From NCBI RefSeq assembly GCF_000018465.1, contig NC_010085.1, positions 1,290,001 through 1,322,000 of the forward strand: a DNA stretch of 32,000 nt, read 5' to 3'. Each line of letters opens with the position of its first letter. Within the stretch, counting starts at the first letter, position 1. Origin of the DNA: Nitrosopumilus maritimus SCM1. Lineage in GTDB: Archaea; Thermoproteota; Nitrososphaeria; Nitrososphaerales; Nitrosopumilaceae. Made by a program: the position numbers and the translations under genes. The notes below the pieces were generated by a model. It did not search any database, had not been told where the DNA came from, and saw only the letters and a program-made list of their open reading frames with translations. Below, in pieces: positions 9,224 to 16,402 of the stretch.

Positions 9224-9649
9224 TTACCCCGTAGTGTAATCATGCACTTTTACTTCATTGAGGATTTTTTCCATGATTTGTTGTTGACCACCAGAGTTGT
9301 CAATTGTTACAAGAAGTAGGTTTCCACTTGGCAAAGGAATTGTTGCCCTTCTTAGCTTCTCATAAACAGCCAATGTATAGAGTCCCTCGCCAACTTTGCT
9401 GTAATGTTTTTCTCGGGATTTCCATGCACTAATTGCGTGTTGGATTGTGTCTAGTGTGTCATCGTGTGAGAGATACAGATTAGTATTTGGTCTTGAATGT
9501 GTTGCAAGGATTTCGCCATTCATGTTAGCTACTGCAGCAAATCGAATGTTCTCATCAAGGTCAAAGAGGCGATGCATTACTCCATCATAGTTTAGTTCTT
9601 GTGCCATTGGAGATTTGTGGATTTCATAAAAGATAACTATGATTGACAT
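9224..9649 (-). CDS. hypothetical protein, possibly Roadblock/LC7-like fold
   Basis: 141 aa. The real start is probably the internal Met at 9607 (MAQELNYDG...). The pattern IRFAAVANMNGEILAT ... LLLVTIDNSGG resembles Roadblock/MglB-type domains. This is a weak, memory-based call. Confidence 0.4.
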   Translation of the reverse strand: MSIIVIFYEIHKSPMAQELNYDGVMHRLFDLDENIRFAAVANMNGEILATHSRPNTNLYLSHDDTLDTIQHAISAWKSREKHYSKVGEGLYTLAVYEKLRRATIPLPSGNLLLVTIDNSGGQQQIMEKILNEVKVHDYTTG

Positions 9650-9802
9650 GAATCGAAAAATTTGTCTGATTTTTTGTCAATTTTTAAAAATATGTTCAAA
9701 TGAGAAGAGCAATCAAACTTTATGCCTAGAAAATTTTCAGAAAAGCAGTTTTCTTGAGATTTTGTGAAAAGTAATAATAATTAACAAAGGCCAAATCATT
9801 TC

Positions 9803-10012
9803 ATGAAGATAAAGTGTCCCAAGTGTAAAGAGGACGCAGACTTGTCACCAGACTTTTCTTTTGTAAAATGTGGATCTTGTGATTTGGATATGAGTTATGG
9901 TGAATACGTCAAATTTGTTGCACATAACCAAGCAACTTATTCAGACATACTTGGTGACTATGCAGGAAGTACTGAAGGACAGACTGCAGGTTCCCTAGAT
10001 GAATGGGATTAA
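9803..10012 (+). CDS. small zinc-ribbon protein
   Basis: 69 aa with CPKC...CGSC near the N-terminus and an acidic C-terminus. Confidence 0.5.
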   Translation: MKIKCPKCKEDADLSPDFSFVKCGSCDLDMSYGEYVKFVAHNQATYSDILGDYAGSTEGQTAGSLDEWD

Positions 10013-10072
10013 CAAGATGGTAAAATCATTCATCAGATTAAAATAATTAGTTTAGTAGATTTCTAAACATCA

Positions 10073-10714
10073 TTGGAATTTCTCTTAGAAAATATACTTA
10101 ATCTCATAGGATTTTTGGTTGGACTTGGAATTGGAATAATGTCACTGATTGGATTCCGAAACACAGGCAGTCCAACATTATTTAGATTAACAATTGCATT
10201 TTTCTCAATCAGTATTGGATTCTTTGTAATATGGGCAGGATACATGGCAGAAGATTTTGTCATAAAGTCTGGCAACATTGAAAGATGGATACAAACTTTG
10301 GGAATTGCAATTCAAACAGTTGGATACTTTTTCATTGCATTCTCACACAGTATCAAATCATTTTTTCCAAAATCAAGTTACTTTAGATCAGTTGGAATCT
10401 TACCATTCTTTCTAGTTTCATCAGTGCAGTTAGAACATCTCTTTAGATCAGTTTCATTCATCTTGCTTGCATATGGTGCAATTGAGACAATGTTATCATA
10501 TCTTGATAATAGAAACAAAGGAGCAATCTCAGTTTCAATTGGATTGGCATTATTGGCATTAGGAGAATTTCTTGGATGGTACTCATTTGTCTTCCCTGAA
10601 TCCATCCTCTATTCAGTATCAATGGTAATCAAAATTGGAGGATTAATTGCATTATTCATCCCAGTTAGCAAGGTTCCTCTAACCAAGATAAAATTTGACG
10701 AAGGATTAGAGTAA
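10073..10714 (+). CDS. polytopic membrane protein (unknown family), TTG start
   Basis: 213 aa with about 7 hydrophobic segments. I recognise no motif. Confidence 0.55.
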   Translation: MEFLLENILNLIGFLVGLGIGIMSLIGFRNTGSPTLFRLTIAFFSISIGFFVIWAGYMAEDFVIKSGNIERWIQTLGIAIQTVGYFFIAFSHSIKSFFPKSSYFRSVGILPFFLVSSVQLEHLFRSVSFILLAYGAIETMLSYLDNRNKGAISVSIGLALLALGEFLGWYSFVFPESILYSVSMVIKIGGLIALFIPVSKVPLTKIKFDEGLE

Positions 10715-10834
10715 TTTTTCAATCTAGGCTCGAATTTTTCCAAAATGCAAAAGTTGTCAAATTCTTTTATCTTTTTTGTATATTGCAAAATATCATCGTT
10801 CTATCATAGAAATTCTCAAAAGAATCAGTAAGAA

Positions 10835-11122
10835 ATGGCCGAGTATAGAACTCATATGAAAATTATTGGCGATATTCTATCTACTACCAGAGATGATCTT
10901 CAAGACGAAGATGGGGCAACAGTAACTTATCTGATTAGAAAAGCAAACGTTTCTCATTCTAGAATTTCAAGAATTCTAAAAACACTGGTATCTCAAGGTC
11001 TATTGGAGCAAGTCGACAGTCAAGGTTCTAACAAATACAAAATCAGTCCAACAGGAAGAGAGTTTCTTCAAGCATATTACAAGTTTACAAGCTTTGCAGA
11101 CAATTTTGGATTAAACATCTAA
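10835..11122 (+). CDS. small winged-helix DNA-binding protein (putative transcription regulator)
   Basis: 95 aa. YLIRKANVSHSRISRILKTLVSQGLLEQV looks like a wHTH recognition helix plus wing. It is a paralogue of 26841..27122 (shared M..YRT.M.I..D.L, KAN.SHSR, P.GR..L..Y..F.S.A..FGL). Confidence 0.65.
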   Translation: MAEYRTHMKIIGDILSTTRDDLQDEDGATVTYLIRKANVSHSRISRILKTLVSQGLLEQVDSQGSNKYKISPTGREFLQAYYKFTSFADNFGLNI

Positions 11123-11275
11123 TCTTCATCCAAATCATCTAATTCATCATCAAAGTCATCTTCAAAATCTGTATCCTGATAATCTGGATTAGACATACGT
11201 TACCATAGAAAAAATTTGATGTTAAAAACTTTTCAAAAGAAAATGGTAATTAAACAAAAAAACTAGGAAAAATCA

Positions 11276-11872
11276 TTGAAGGTAAACTGTGACAAGGAAG
11301 GAATTGAAAAGGCATCCAAAGTAATTGAGGATGGAGGAATAGTTATTTTTCCAACTGATACTGTATACGGCATTGGATGCAACCCTTACAGCAAAGAGTC
11401 TGCAAAAAAAGTCTATGAGATAAAATCAAGGGATTTTTCAAAACCATTTCCAGTTCTAGTTTACTCTAAAGAGATAGCCAGTCAGATTGCCGAATTTGAT
11501 GAAATTTCAGAAAAACTTGTAGAGAAATTTTGGCCAGGTCAACTAACAATTCTTTTGAAATTAAAGGATGAAAAATTAAAAGAGTCATTGAATCTATCAG
11601 ACAAGATTGCACTGCGAGTTCCAAACCACAAATGCACATTATCATTATTGGAAAAATGTCATTATCTAATTGGAACTAGTGCAAATGTTTCAGGACAACC
11701 ATCATTTTTTGATCCACAAGAATGCATCAAAAGTGTAGAAAACTATGACGTGTTTGTTGATGGTGGAACAATTACAAGTAAAGGAGAATCAACTATTATT
11801 GCAATAGAAGATGGCAAAATCAAAATTATTAGAGAAGGCTCTTTGAGCAAAGAGGAGATTTTGAAGGTATGA
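11276..11872 (+). CDS. tsaC: L-threonylcarbamoyladenylate synthase, YrdC/TsaC-type (no Sua5 C-terminal domain), TTG start
   Basis: 198 aa with the YrdC-domain signatures GGIVIFPTDTVYGIGCNP, KPFPVL, WPGQLTIL, LRVPNH and GTSANVSGQP. Confidence 0.85.
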   Translation: MKVNCDKEGIEKASKVIEDGGIVIFPTDTVYGIGCNPYSKESAKKVYEIKSRDFSKPFPVLVYSKEIASQIAEFDEISEKLVEKFWPGQLTILLKLKDEKLKESLNLSDKIALRVPNHKCTLSLLEKCHYLIGTSANVSGQPSFFDPQECIKSVENYDVFVDGGTITSKGESTIIAIEDGKIKIIREGSLSKEEILKV

Positions 11873-12390
11873 ATCTGATAGTGACATGTGCCAGACATCT
11901 AGAGCCAGAGACAGAAGAGGAATTGAGGGGATTTTTAGATGAATTTGGAGATTCTGATCCCAAGGTTACAATCACAAGCATGTCAGGAATTCTTACTGCT
12001 GAAACGAAACTAGATCCAGTAGAGGTGGTACGAAAGATAAAAGAGACACTCCTTGATGAGCCATGGAGTGTCAGATACTGTTTGAGAATCATTCCAATTC
12101 AGAGAGTTGTGGAGACAAAGATAGAAGAGATTGAGAAAGTTGTCGAAGAGTTTTCTGATGGAATATCAAAAGATGAAAAATACAGAATATCTATTGAGAA
12201 AAGAAACTCAGACATGTCCAGTCAGGATATAATTACAAAAATTGCAAGCAAGATAAAAAGTCAGGTCTCACTGGAATTTCCAGACAAGGTTGTTTTAATT
12301 GAGATTTTAGGCAACAAGACTGGAATTTCTGTGCTAAAAAAATCAGACATTTTGAGTACAGAGAAAACTAAACGCAGTATGTCAGAGTAA
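11869..12390 (+). CDS. stand-alone THUMP-domain protein
   Basis: 173 aa. MNLIVTCARHLEPETEEEL... is the typical ferredoxin-like N-terminal part of THUMP proteins, followed by ISIEKRNS...KVVLIEILG. There is no methyltransferase or other catalytic domain. It overlaps tsaC by ATGA. Confidence 0.7.
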   Translation: MNLIVTCARHLEPETEEELRGFLDEFGDSDPKVTITSMSGILTAETKLDPVEVVRKIKETLLDEPWSVRYCLRIIPIQRVVETKIEEIEKVVEEFSDGISKDEKYRISIEKRNSDMSSQDIITKIASKIKSQVSLEFPDKVVLIEILGNKTGISVLKKSDILSTEKTKRSMSE

Positions 12391-13155
12391 GACTGCTGCC
12401 GTTTCTACTAGAATATCTTCTAGGGGATTTTTGGAATAAACAGAGTCAATTTGTTTTTTTGAGATGTCAAATGACTTTTTGAGGAATGCTTCGTTATTTT
12501 TTGAAAATAGTGGAATAGATTGTGGTGACACTTGTTTGTACAGAGAATCAAGACTAGTTTTGTTTCCAATTGCAATTAAGAGAAAATCAGTCTTGGGTTT
12601 TATTCCTGCAGATGCAATTGCAGCAGAGATTTGTTTTGATATTGCAAAACGCATCAGAATATCAGTTTCAAGTTTGTTTGAGAGTAAAACATCATTTTTT
12701 TGAGACTCTAGTGAAAGAGATAGAATCTTTTTGAGATGAGAACTATTTAGTACAAATTTGCTTGATATTGCCTGAAGTTGGATTTTAGGGAATTTTTCTC
12801 TCAAGTCATCGAGGAATTTTACATCAATATTCTTTTGGCCTTTGATTTGTACAACTTGAATCTGTTTTGAGAGTATCTTGTAGAGCAGTTTTTTTGAAGC
12901 ACCTCCATGAATTACAGGAATGATACTAACTACATCATCATTTTTTATCATAGTTGATTTTCCTTCTAGTGCAGAAGAATCAACACCATTTACTGCAATC
13001 AAGATATTTTCAGTATCCAACTCTGGAGAATCGTTTGGTTTTGTTTCCAATAACAAGTCAATTAGTTCTTGAATAGTAATGTTTGATTTTTCAAATTCTA
13101 ACTTTTCAGTTGAAAAAGACTTTTTGGCACCGCCAACAAGTTTTACAGTAATCAT
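12382..13155 (-). CDS. cgi121: fusion protein: N-terminal MoaD/ThiS-like ubiquitin-fold domain (ends ...PVIHGG) + C-terminal KEOPS subunit Cgi121-like domain
   Basis: aa 1-85 (12901..13155) read MITVKLVGGAKK...TIQELIDLL...IAVNGV...DDVVSIIPVIHGG, the MoaD/SAMP pattern with a diglycine. aa 86-257 contain DILMRFAISKQISAAIASAGIKPKTDFLLIAIG and a C-terminal LEDILVETAAVLL, which align by eye with M. jannaschii Cgi121 (EILVRASGQRQIHEAIKIIG...). Confidence 0.65.
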   Translation of the reverse strand: MITVKLVGGAKKSFSTEKLEFEKSNITIQELIDLLLETKPNDSPELDTENILIAVNGVDSSALEGKSTMIKNDDVVSIIPVIHGGASKKLLYKILSKQIQVVQIKGQKNIDVKFLDDLREKFPKIQLQAISSKFVLNSSHLKKILSLSLESQKNDVLLSNKLETDILMRFAISKQISAAIASAGIKPKTDFLLIAIGNKTSLDSLYKQVSPQSIPLFSKNNEAFLKKSFDISKKQIDSVYSKNPLEDILVETAAVLL

Positions 13156-13196
13156 TATGATGTGTTGTTAAAAGTTTGAAATTAATACTTAGTGTA

Positions 13197-13586
13197 TTAT
13201 TCAGATTTTTCTTCTGGGGTTTCAGGAGTTGTTTCTGCAGCAGGTGCTTCTGTGTTTTCAGTTGCTTCTACTGCGGGGGCTTCAGTTTCAGGAGTTTCTT
13301 CTGCAGCAGGTGCTTCTGTGTTTTCAGTTGCTTCTACTGGTTCAGGTTCTACTTGAGCTTCTTGCTCTAGGGATTTGGAAGCTTCAGCTTGTGCTTTTTT
13401 TGCCTTTTCTTCTCGAATCTCTTTTTTGATATAGTTTGTAATGTAACCTGCAATCTCATTTTTGAGTCCCTTTGAGCGGACTATGGATACTTCATTTAGA
13501 ATTTTTTTGTTATCAGCAAAATCTTCACCGAACTTTGACTTGTGAGTCTCTAAAACTTCGTATGAAAGTCGCTTTATTCTATCCAC
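13197..13586 (-). CDS. rps17e: 30S ribosomal protein eS17 with an acidic repeat-containing C-terminal extension
   Basis: The N-terminal ~65 aa (RIKRLSYEVLETHKSKFGEDFADNKKILNEVSIVRSKGLKNEIAGYITNYIKKE) match archaeal S17e. The tail is E/A/P/T-rich with a 22-aa duplication. Confidence 0.8.
   Translation of the reverse strand: MDRIKRLSYEVLETHKSKFGEDFADNKKILNEVSIVRSKGLKNEIAGYITNYIKKEIREEKAKKAQAEASKSLEQEAQVEPEPVEATENTEAPAAEETPETEAPAVEATENTEAPAAETTPETPEEKSE
13221..13339. repeat. 66-bp-period tandem duplication (two near-identical 53-nt cores) inside the eS17 tail
   Basis: 13221-13273 and 13287-13339 match at 51 of 53 positions by direct comparison (core ctgcagcaggtgcttctgtgttttcagttgcttctactg). 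The period is in frame at 22 codons. Confidence 0.9.
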
Positions 13587-13616
13587 GAATCGTCTAACGA
13601 AGGGGGTATTTTATAC

Positions 13617-14435
13617 CTATATTCCAAGATATGCGTTGGAATTTTTTTCTAGCAGTGATACAGTCTCATCAAATGATTTGCCTAGAACTTTTGAGGCACA
13701 AAAGATTACACTTGGAATAAAGCCAATATCGGCTGATTTCATCTCAAAGCATCTAGAGAATCTAACAGGACCATCAGTTTCAACTAGAATTTTTGATTCA
13801 TCACATTTTGACAACAATACCTGTTTGTCATTAGCATAGACCATTACAGGACCAAATGAGACATAGAATCCCATATCCATGGCCTTTGCAAGTTGTTTTT
13901 TGCTTCCATCAAACCAGTGAAGCAAAGCATGTTTGGTATCATATGAGGTCATGACTTGAAATACATCATCCAAGCTCTTCCTTGAATGAATTGACACTGG
14001 TTTGTTGTATTTCTCAGCACAAGATAACAAAGTTTCAAAGACTATAGTTTGTCTTTTAGTGTCTTCATCGTTATTAGTATAGGTTGGATCCAATCCAATC
14101 TCTCCAACTCCTGTAATAGTTTCATGATTCTCATCAATCATAGTTACAACTTTTTCTAGTTCGTCATTTGCACACTCGGGATGAATTCCAATAAATGGTA
14201 AAACAAGTTCACTTTTTTTTGCAAGCTCCAATGTTTCTTGAGAATTTTGCACATCCATTGATACACAACATGCTTTGATCTTCAAGGAATTCATTTCCTG
14301 TAAAATAAAATCCATGTCAGGGACATATTGAGGATCAGAGAGATGAATATGAGAATCAAAGGACCAAGTCATTTCTTGATCAATTCTTAAAATAGTCTGT
14401 ATAAATCGATTCCTTAGTGATATTTTTTCACTCAT
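13617..14435 (-). CDS. TatD-family metal-dependent hydrolase
   Basis: 272 aa with FDSHIHL (HxH metal site), GEIGLD, SIHSR and HWF motifs plus ETDGP near the C-terminus. The real start may be the internal Met at about 14372 (MTWSFDSHIHL). Confidence 0.8.
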   Translation of the reverse strand: MSEKISLRNRFIQTILRIDQEMTWSFDSHIHLSDPQYVPDMDFILQEMNSLKIKACCVSMDVQNSQETLELAKKSELVLPFIGIHPECANDELEKVVTMIDENHETITGVGEIGLDPTYTNNDEDTKRQTIVFETLLSCAEKYNKPVSIHSRKSLDDVFQVMTSYDTKHALLHWFDGSKKQLAKAMDMGFYVSFGPVMVYANDKQVLLSKCDESKILVETDGPVRFSRCFEMKSADIGFIPSVIFCASKVLGKSFDETVSLLEKNSNAYLGI

Positions 14436-14453
14436 TATCTTTTTTCACAAAAA

Positions 14454-14690
14454 ATGAAAACACAATCCATGAAATCATCAGAATTGGGACTATCTGCAAT
14501 GTACAGAATTCTAAAAAAAGCAGGTGCTGAAAGAGTCAGTGACGAATCTGCTGATGAACTAAGAAGAGTTATCGAAGAGGTGGCAAACGGCATTGCAAAG
14601 AGTGCAGTAGATATGGCTTCTCATGCAGGCAGAAAGACTGTAAAGGGAGAAGACGTAAAATTGGCCTCAAAACCATTTAACAAATTCTAA
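14454..14690 (+). CDS. archaeal histone (histone-fold DNA-binding protein)
   Basis: AERVSDESADELRRVIEEVANGIAKSAVDMASHAGRKTVKGEDVKLA aligns closely with the HMf-type consensus (AERVS...HAGRKT.K.EDV.LA). Confidence 0.85.
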   Translation: MKTQSMKSSELGLSAMYRILKKAGAERVSDESADELRRVIEEVANGIAKSAVDMASHAGRKTVKGEDVKLASKPFNKF

Positions 14691-14692
14691 GT

Positions 14693-14905
14693 CTAGATAT
14701 TCAAACCAGTGTTAACTGATGCAGTCTTGTTTTTGAATGGGCAGGATTTTCCTTCGCCATCCTTGCCTTCGCCATCAGGAAGGATATCAGTTGTTTGTGC
14801 ATAAACAGAATCCATAGGGACTGCCATTGCAAATACTGCAGCAATTGCTAGTATTGTAAATAGTGCAATTCTTGAATCCATGGGTATTGTAGGACGTTTT
14901 AACAT
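14693..14905 (-). CDS. small secreted peptide precursor (hypothetical)
   Basis: 70 aa. A signal-peptide-like segment (RIALFTILAIAAVFAMAVPMDSVYA/Q) precedes a roughly 35-aa polar tail with DGEGKDGEGK and a single Cys. Confidence 0.4.
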   Translation of the reverse strand: MLKRPTIPMDSRIALFTILAIAAVFAMAVPMDSVYAQTTDILPDGEGKDGEGKSCPFKNKTASVNTGLNI

Positions 14906-14937
14906 TTAAGGAATTCCCAAAATCACAGCAATCATTT

Positions 14938-15462
14938 TCAAATCTTTGAAAATCCAACAATTTCAATTATAGCATTATTGTTCACATCTATTCTAAGCAC
15001 ATTGTTTCTCATTTCATAAGGAATCTCCACACCATCAACAAGAATTGCCAATGAATCTAGTTTTGTATCAAATCTTTGTTCTAAAACAGGTAATGGGTTA
15101 CACATTGTGATATAGCCATATGAAGTTGGTACAGGTTTCAAGATTAGTGAATGGGTATCGTTTTCAACACTGTATGTATCAATAGTTACAGTAGAATAGA
15201 TGGAAAATTCCGCTGCAATGGATGCATTTATTGCTCTTCTTTTTAGGAAATTTTCATCATATGGGATATCGCATTGTTCGTTTTTTTCAACTAGAAGTCC
15301 AGTAGCAGGATCATCAATTACACAAACATCATTTTTTAGAATAGTTCCTGCCGGACAAGTGGGACTTGGAAACATGAATGATGAAGAAAATCCTGCAAAC
15401 AATATAGCTGCAAGTATAATTCCACTAATTATTGTGATTTTAATTTTCATTTCTGTTTTCAA
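14938..15462 (-). CDS. hypothetical secreted/anchored protein
   Basis: 174 aa with an N-terminal hydrophobic segment, a CPAGTILKNDVCV motif and 4 Cys. It is the last gene of the overlapping minus-strand chain. Confidence 0.5.
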   Translation of the reverse strand: MKTEMKIKITIISGIILAAILFAGFSSSFMFPSPTCPAGTILKNDVCVIDDPATGLLVEKNEQCDIPYDENFLKRRAINASIAAEFSIYSTVTIDTYSVENDTHSLILKPVPTSYGYITMCNPLPVLEQRFDTKLDSLAILVDGVEIPYEMRNNVLRIDVNNNAIIEIVGFSKI

Positions 15463-16402
15463 TTAACTCCAACAATTCATCAGGAAGGCTGCCATGCTGT
15501 TTTTCATATTGTTTAATCATATCCTGAGTCTTTTGATCATCAAACTTTCCATGAACAATACTCCAAACAATGTTTCCCAAATCACCTTGCTTATTCATTT
15601 CTGCAAAAACTTCCAGTTGTTCTTCATGATTTTCTATATTCATCATATGTTCCATTTCAAATGCTCTACGTTCTTCAGTTAGTTTTTGGCCATATTCGTA
15701 AACAGATTGACGCCAAGGATCTAATTCTGCCTTACAAAAATGACTGTTTGAATAACTAGAAACTATATCATCATAGTTGAATGTGGCATATCGATAGTGG
15801 GTATTCTCATCAAAACAACTCAAGAAAAGCAATTCTTTATCGGTTCTCTCGTTGTTGCATGAATCAATATGAAAATAAGTTGATGCAGATTGGTTTTTGT
15901 CATTTTCTGCAATTAGTCCATAGTGAACATTAGACATGTAACTTCGTTCATCAAGTATTGATAATGTGAGGTTGTAGTGAGAGTATTTTTTTGCAAATCG
16001 TTCATAGTTTTCAGTTTGAGTGATTAATTGCATGTGAAGAGGTATCTGTTTCTCAAAATTGCATACTGAATCTGGATCTAAATCAAATTTTTCTACCCAC
16101 GCCGAAGAATCACGAAATGGATACTGCCCCTCAATCAACTCTACGTTTGAAATTTCTAATTCTAGATAGTCATAAAAGATTTCTCTTAGGATTTCTTGCA
16201 TCTGTTTTTTTGACTCTTCAAATTTTTGCATATCTTCCATTACATAGTATTTGTTTGATAATTGGTTGATTTGGTATAGTTCATCAGAATACTTTGCAAA
16301 TGATACTGATTTTGGAGTTGCATCAGGGTTTGATATGATCAATCCCAATGAAATAGACACAAAAATTCCAACAACTACAATTATTCCAACTTCAAGTCTC
16401 AT
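15440..16402 (-). CDS. hypothetical N-terminally anchored protein
   Basis: 320 aa with one N-terminal TM helix (VGIIVVVGIFVSISLGLII), 4 Cys and an acidic C-terminus. It overlaps the upstream gene by 4 nt and the downstream gene by 23 nt. Confidence 0.5.
   Translation of the reverse strand: MRLEVGIIVVVGIFVSISLGLIISNPDATPKSVSFAKYSDELYQINQLSNKYYVMEDMQKFEESKKQMQEILREIFYDYLELEISNVELIEGQYPFRDSSAWVEKFDLDPDSVCNFEKQIPLHMQLITQTENYERFAKKYSHYNLTLSILDERSYMSNVHYGLIAENDKNQSASTYFHIDSCNNERTDKELLFLSCFDENTHYRYATFNYDDIVSSYSNSHFCKAELDPWRQSVYEYGQKLTEERRAFEMEHMMNIENHEEQLEVFAEMNKQGDLGNIVWSIVHGKFDDQKTQDMIKQYEKQHGSLPDELLELIENRNEN

Noticed and set aside
9995-10045. Possible C/D-box sRNA (CUGAUGA on the minus strand near 10030)
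   Set aside because: I found no matching D box (CUGA) or terminal stem at a suitable distance. Part of the region overlaps the 3' end of the CDS at 9803..10012.
11119-11196. A 25-aa hyper-acidic minus-strand ORF (MSNPDYQDTDFEDDFDDELDDLDED) between the wHTH gene and tsaC
   Set aside because: It is a clean ORF that overlaps the wHTH stop by 4 nt. It is too short and too low in complexity to support without conservation or translation data, so I do not call it as a feature.
13221-13339. The tandem repeat as a possible CRISPR or minisatellite
   Set aside because: There are only two copies and they are directly adjacent with no spacers. They are in frame and inside a ribosomal protein gene. No cas genes are present in the window.
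13176-13429. Two + strand ORFs (64 and 66 aa) rich in Phe/Cys/Leu repeats
   Set aside because: They are antisense read-through of the eS17 acidic repeat region. Their repetitiveness only mirrors the 66-bp duplication.
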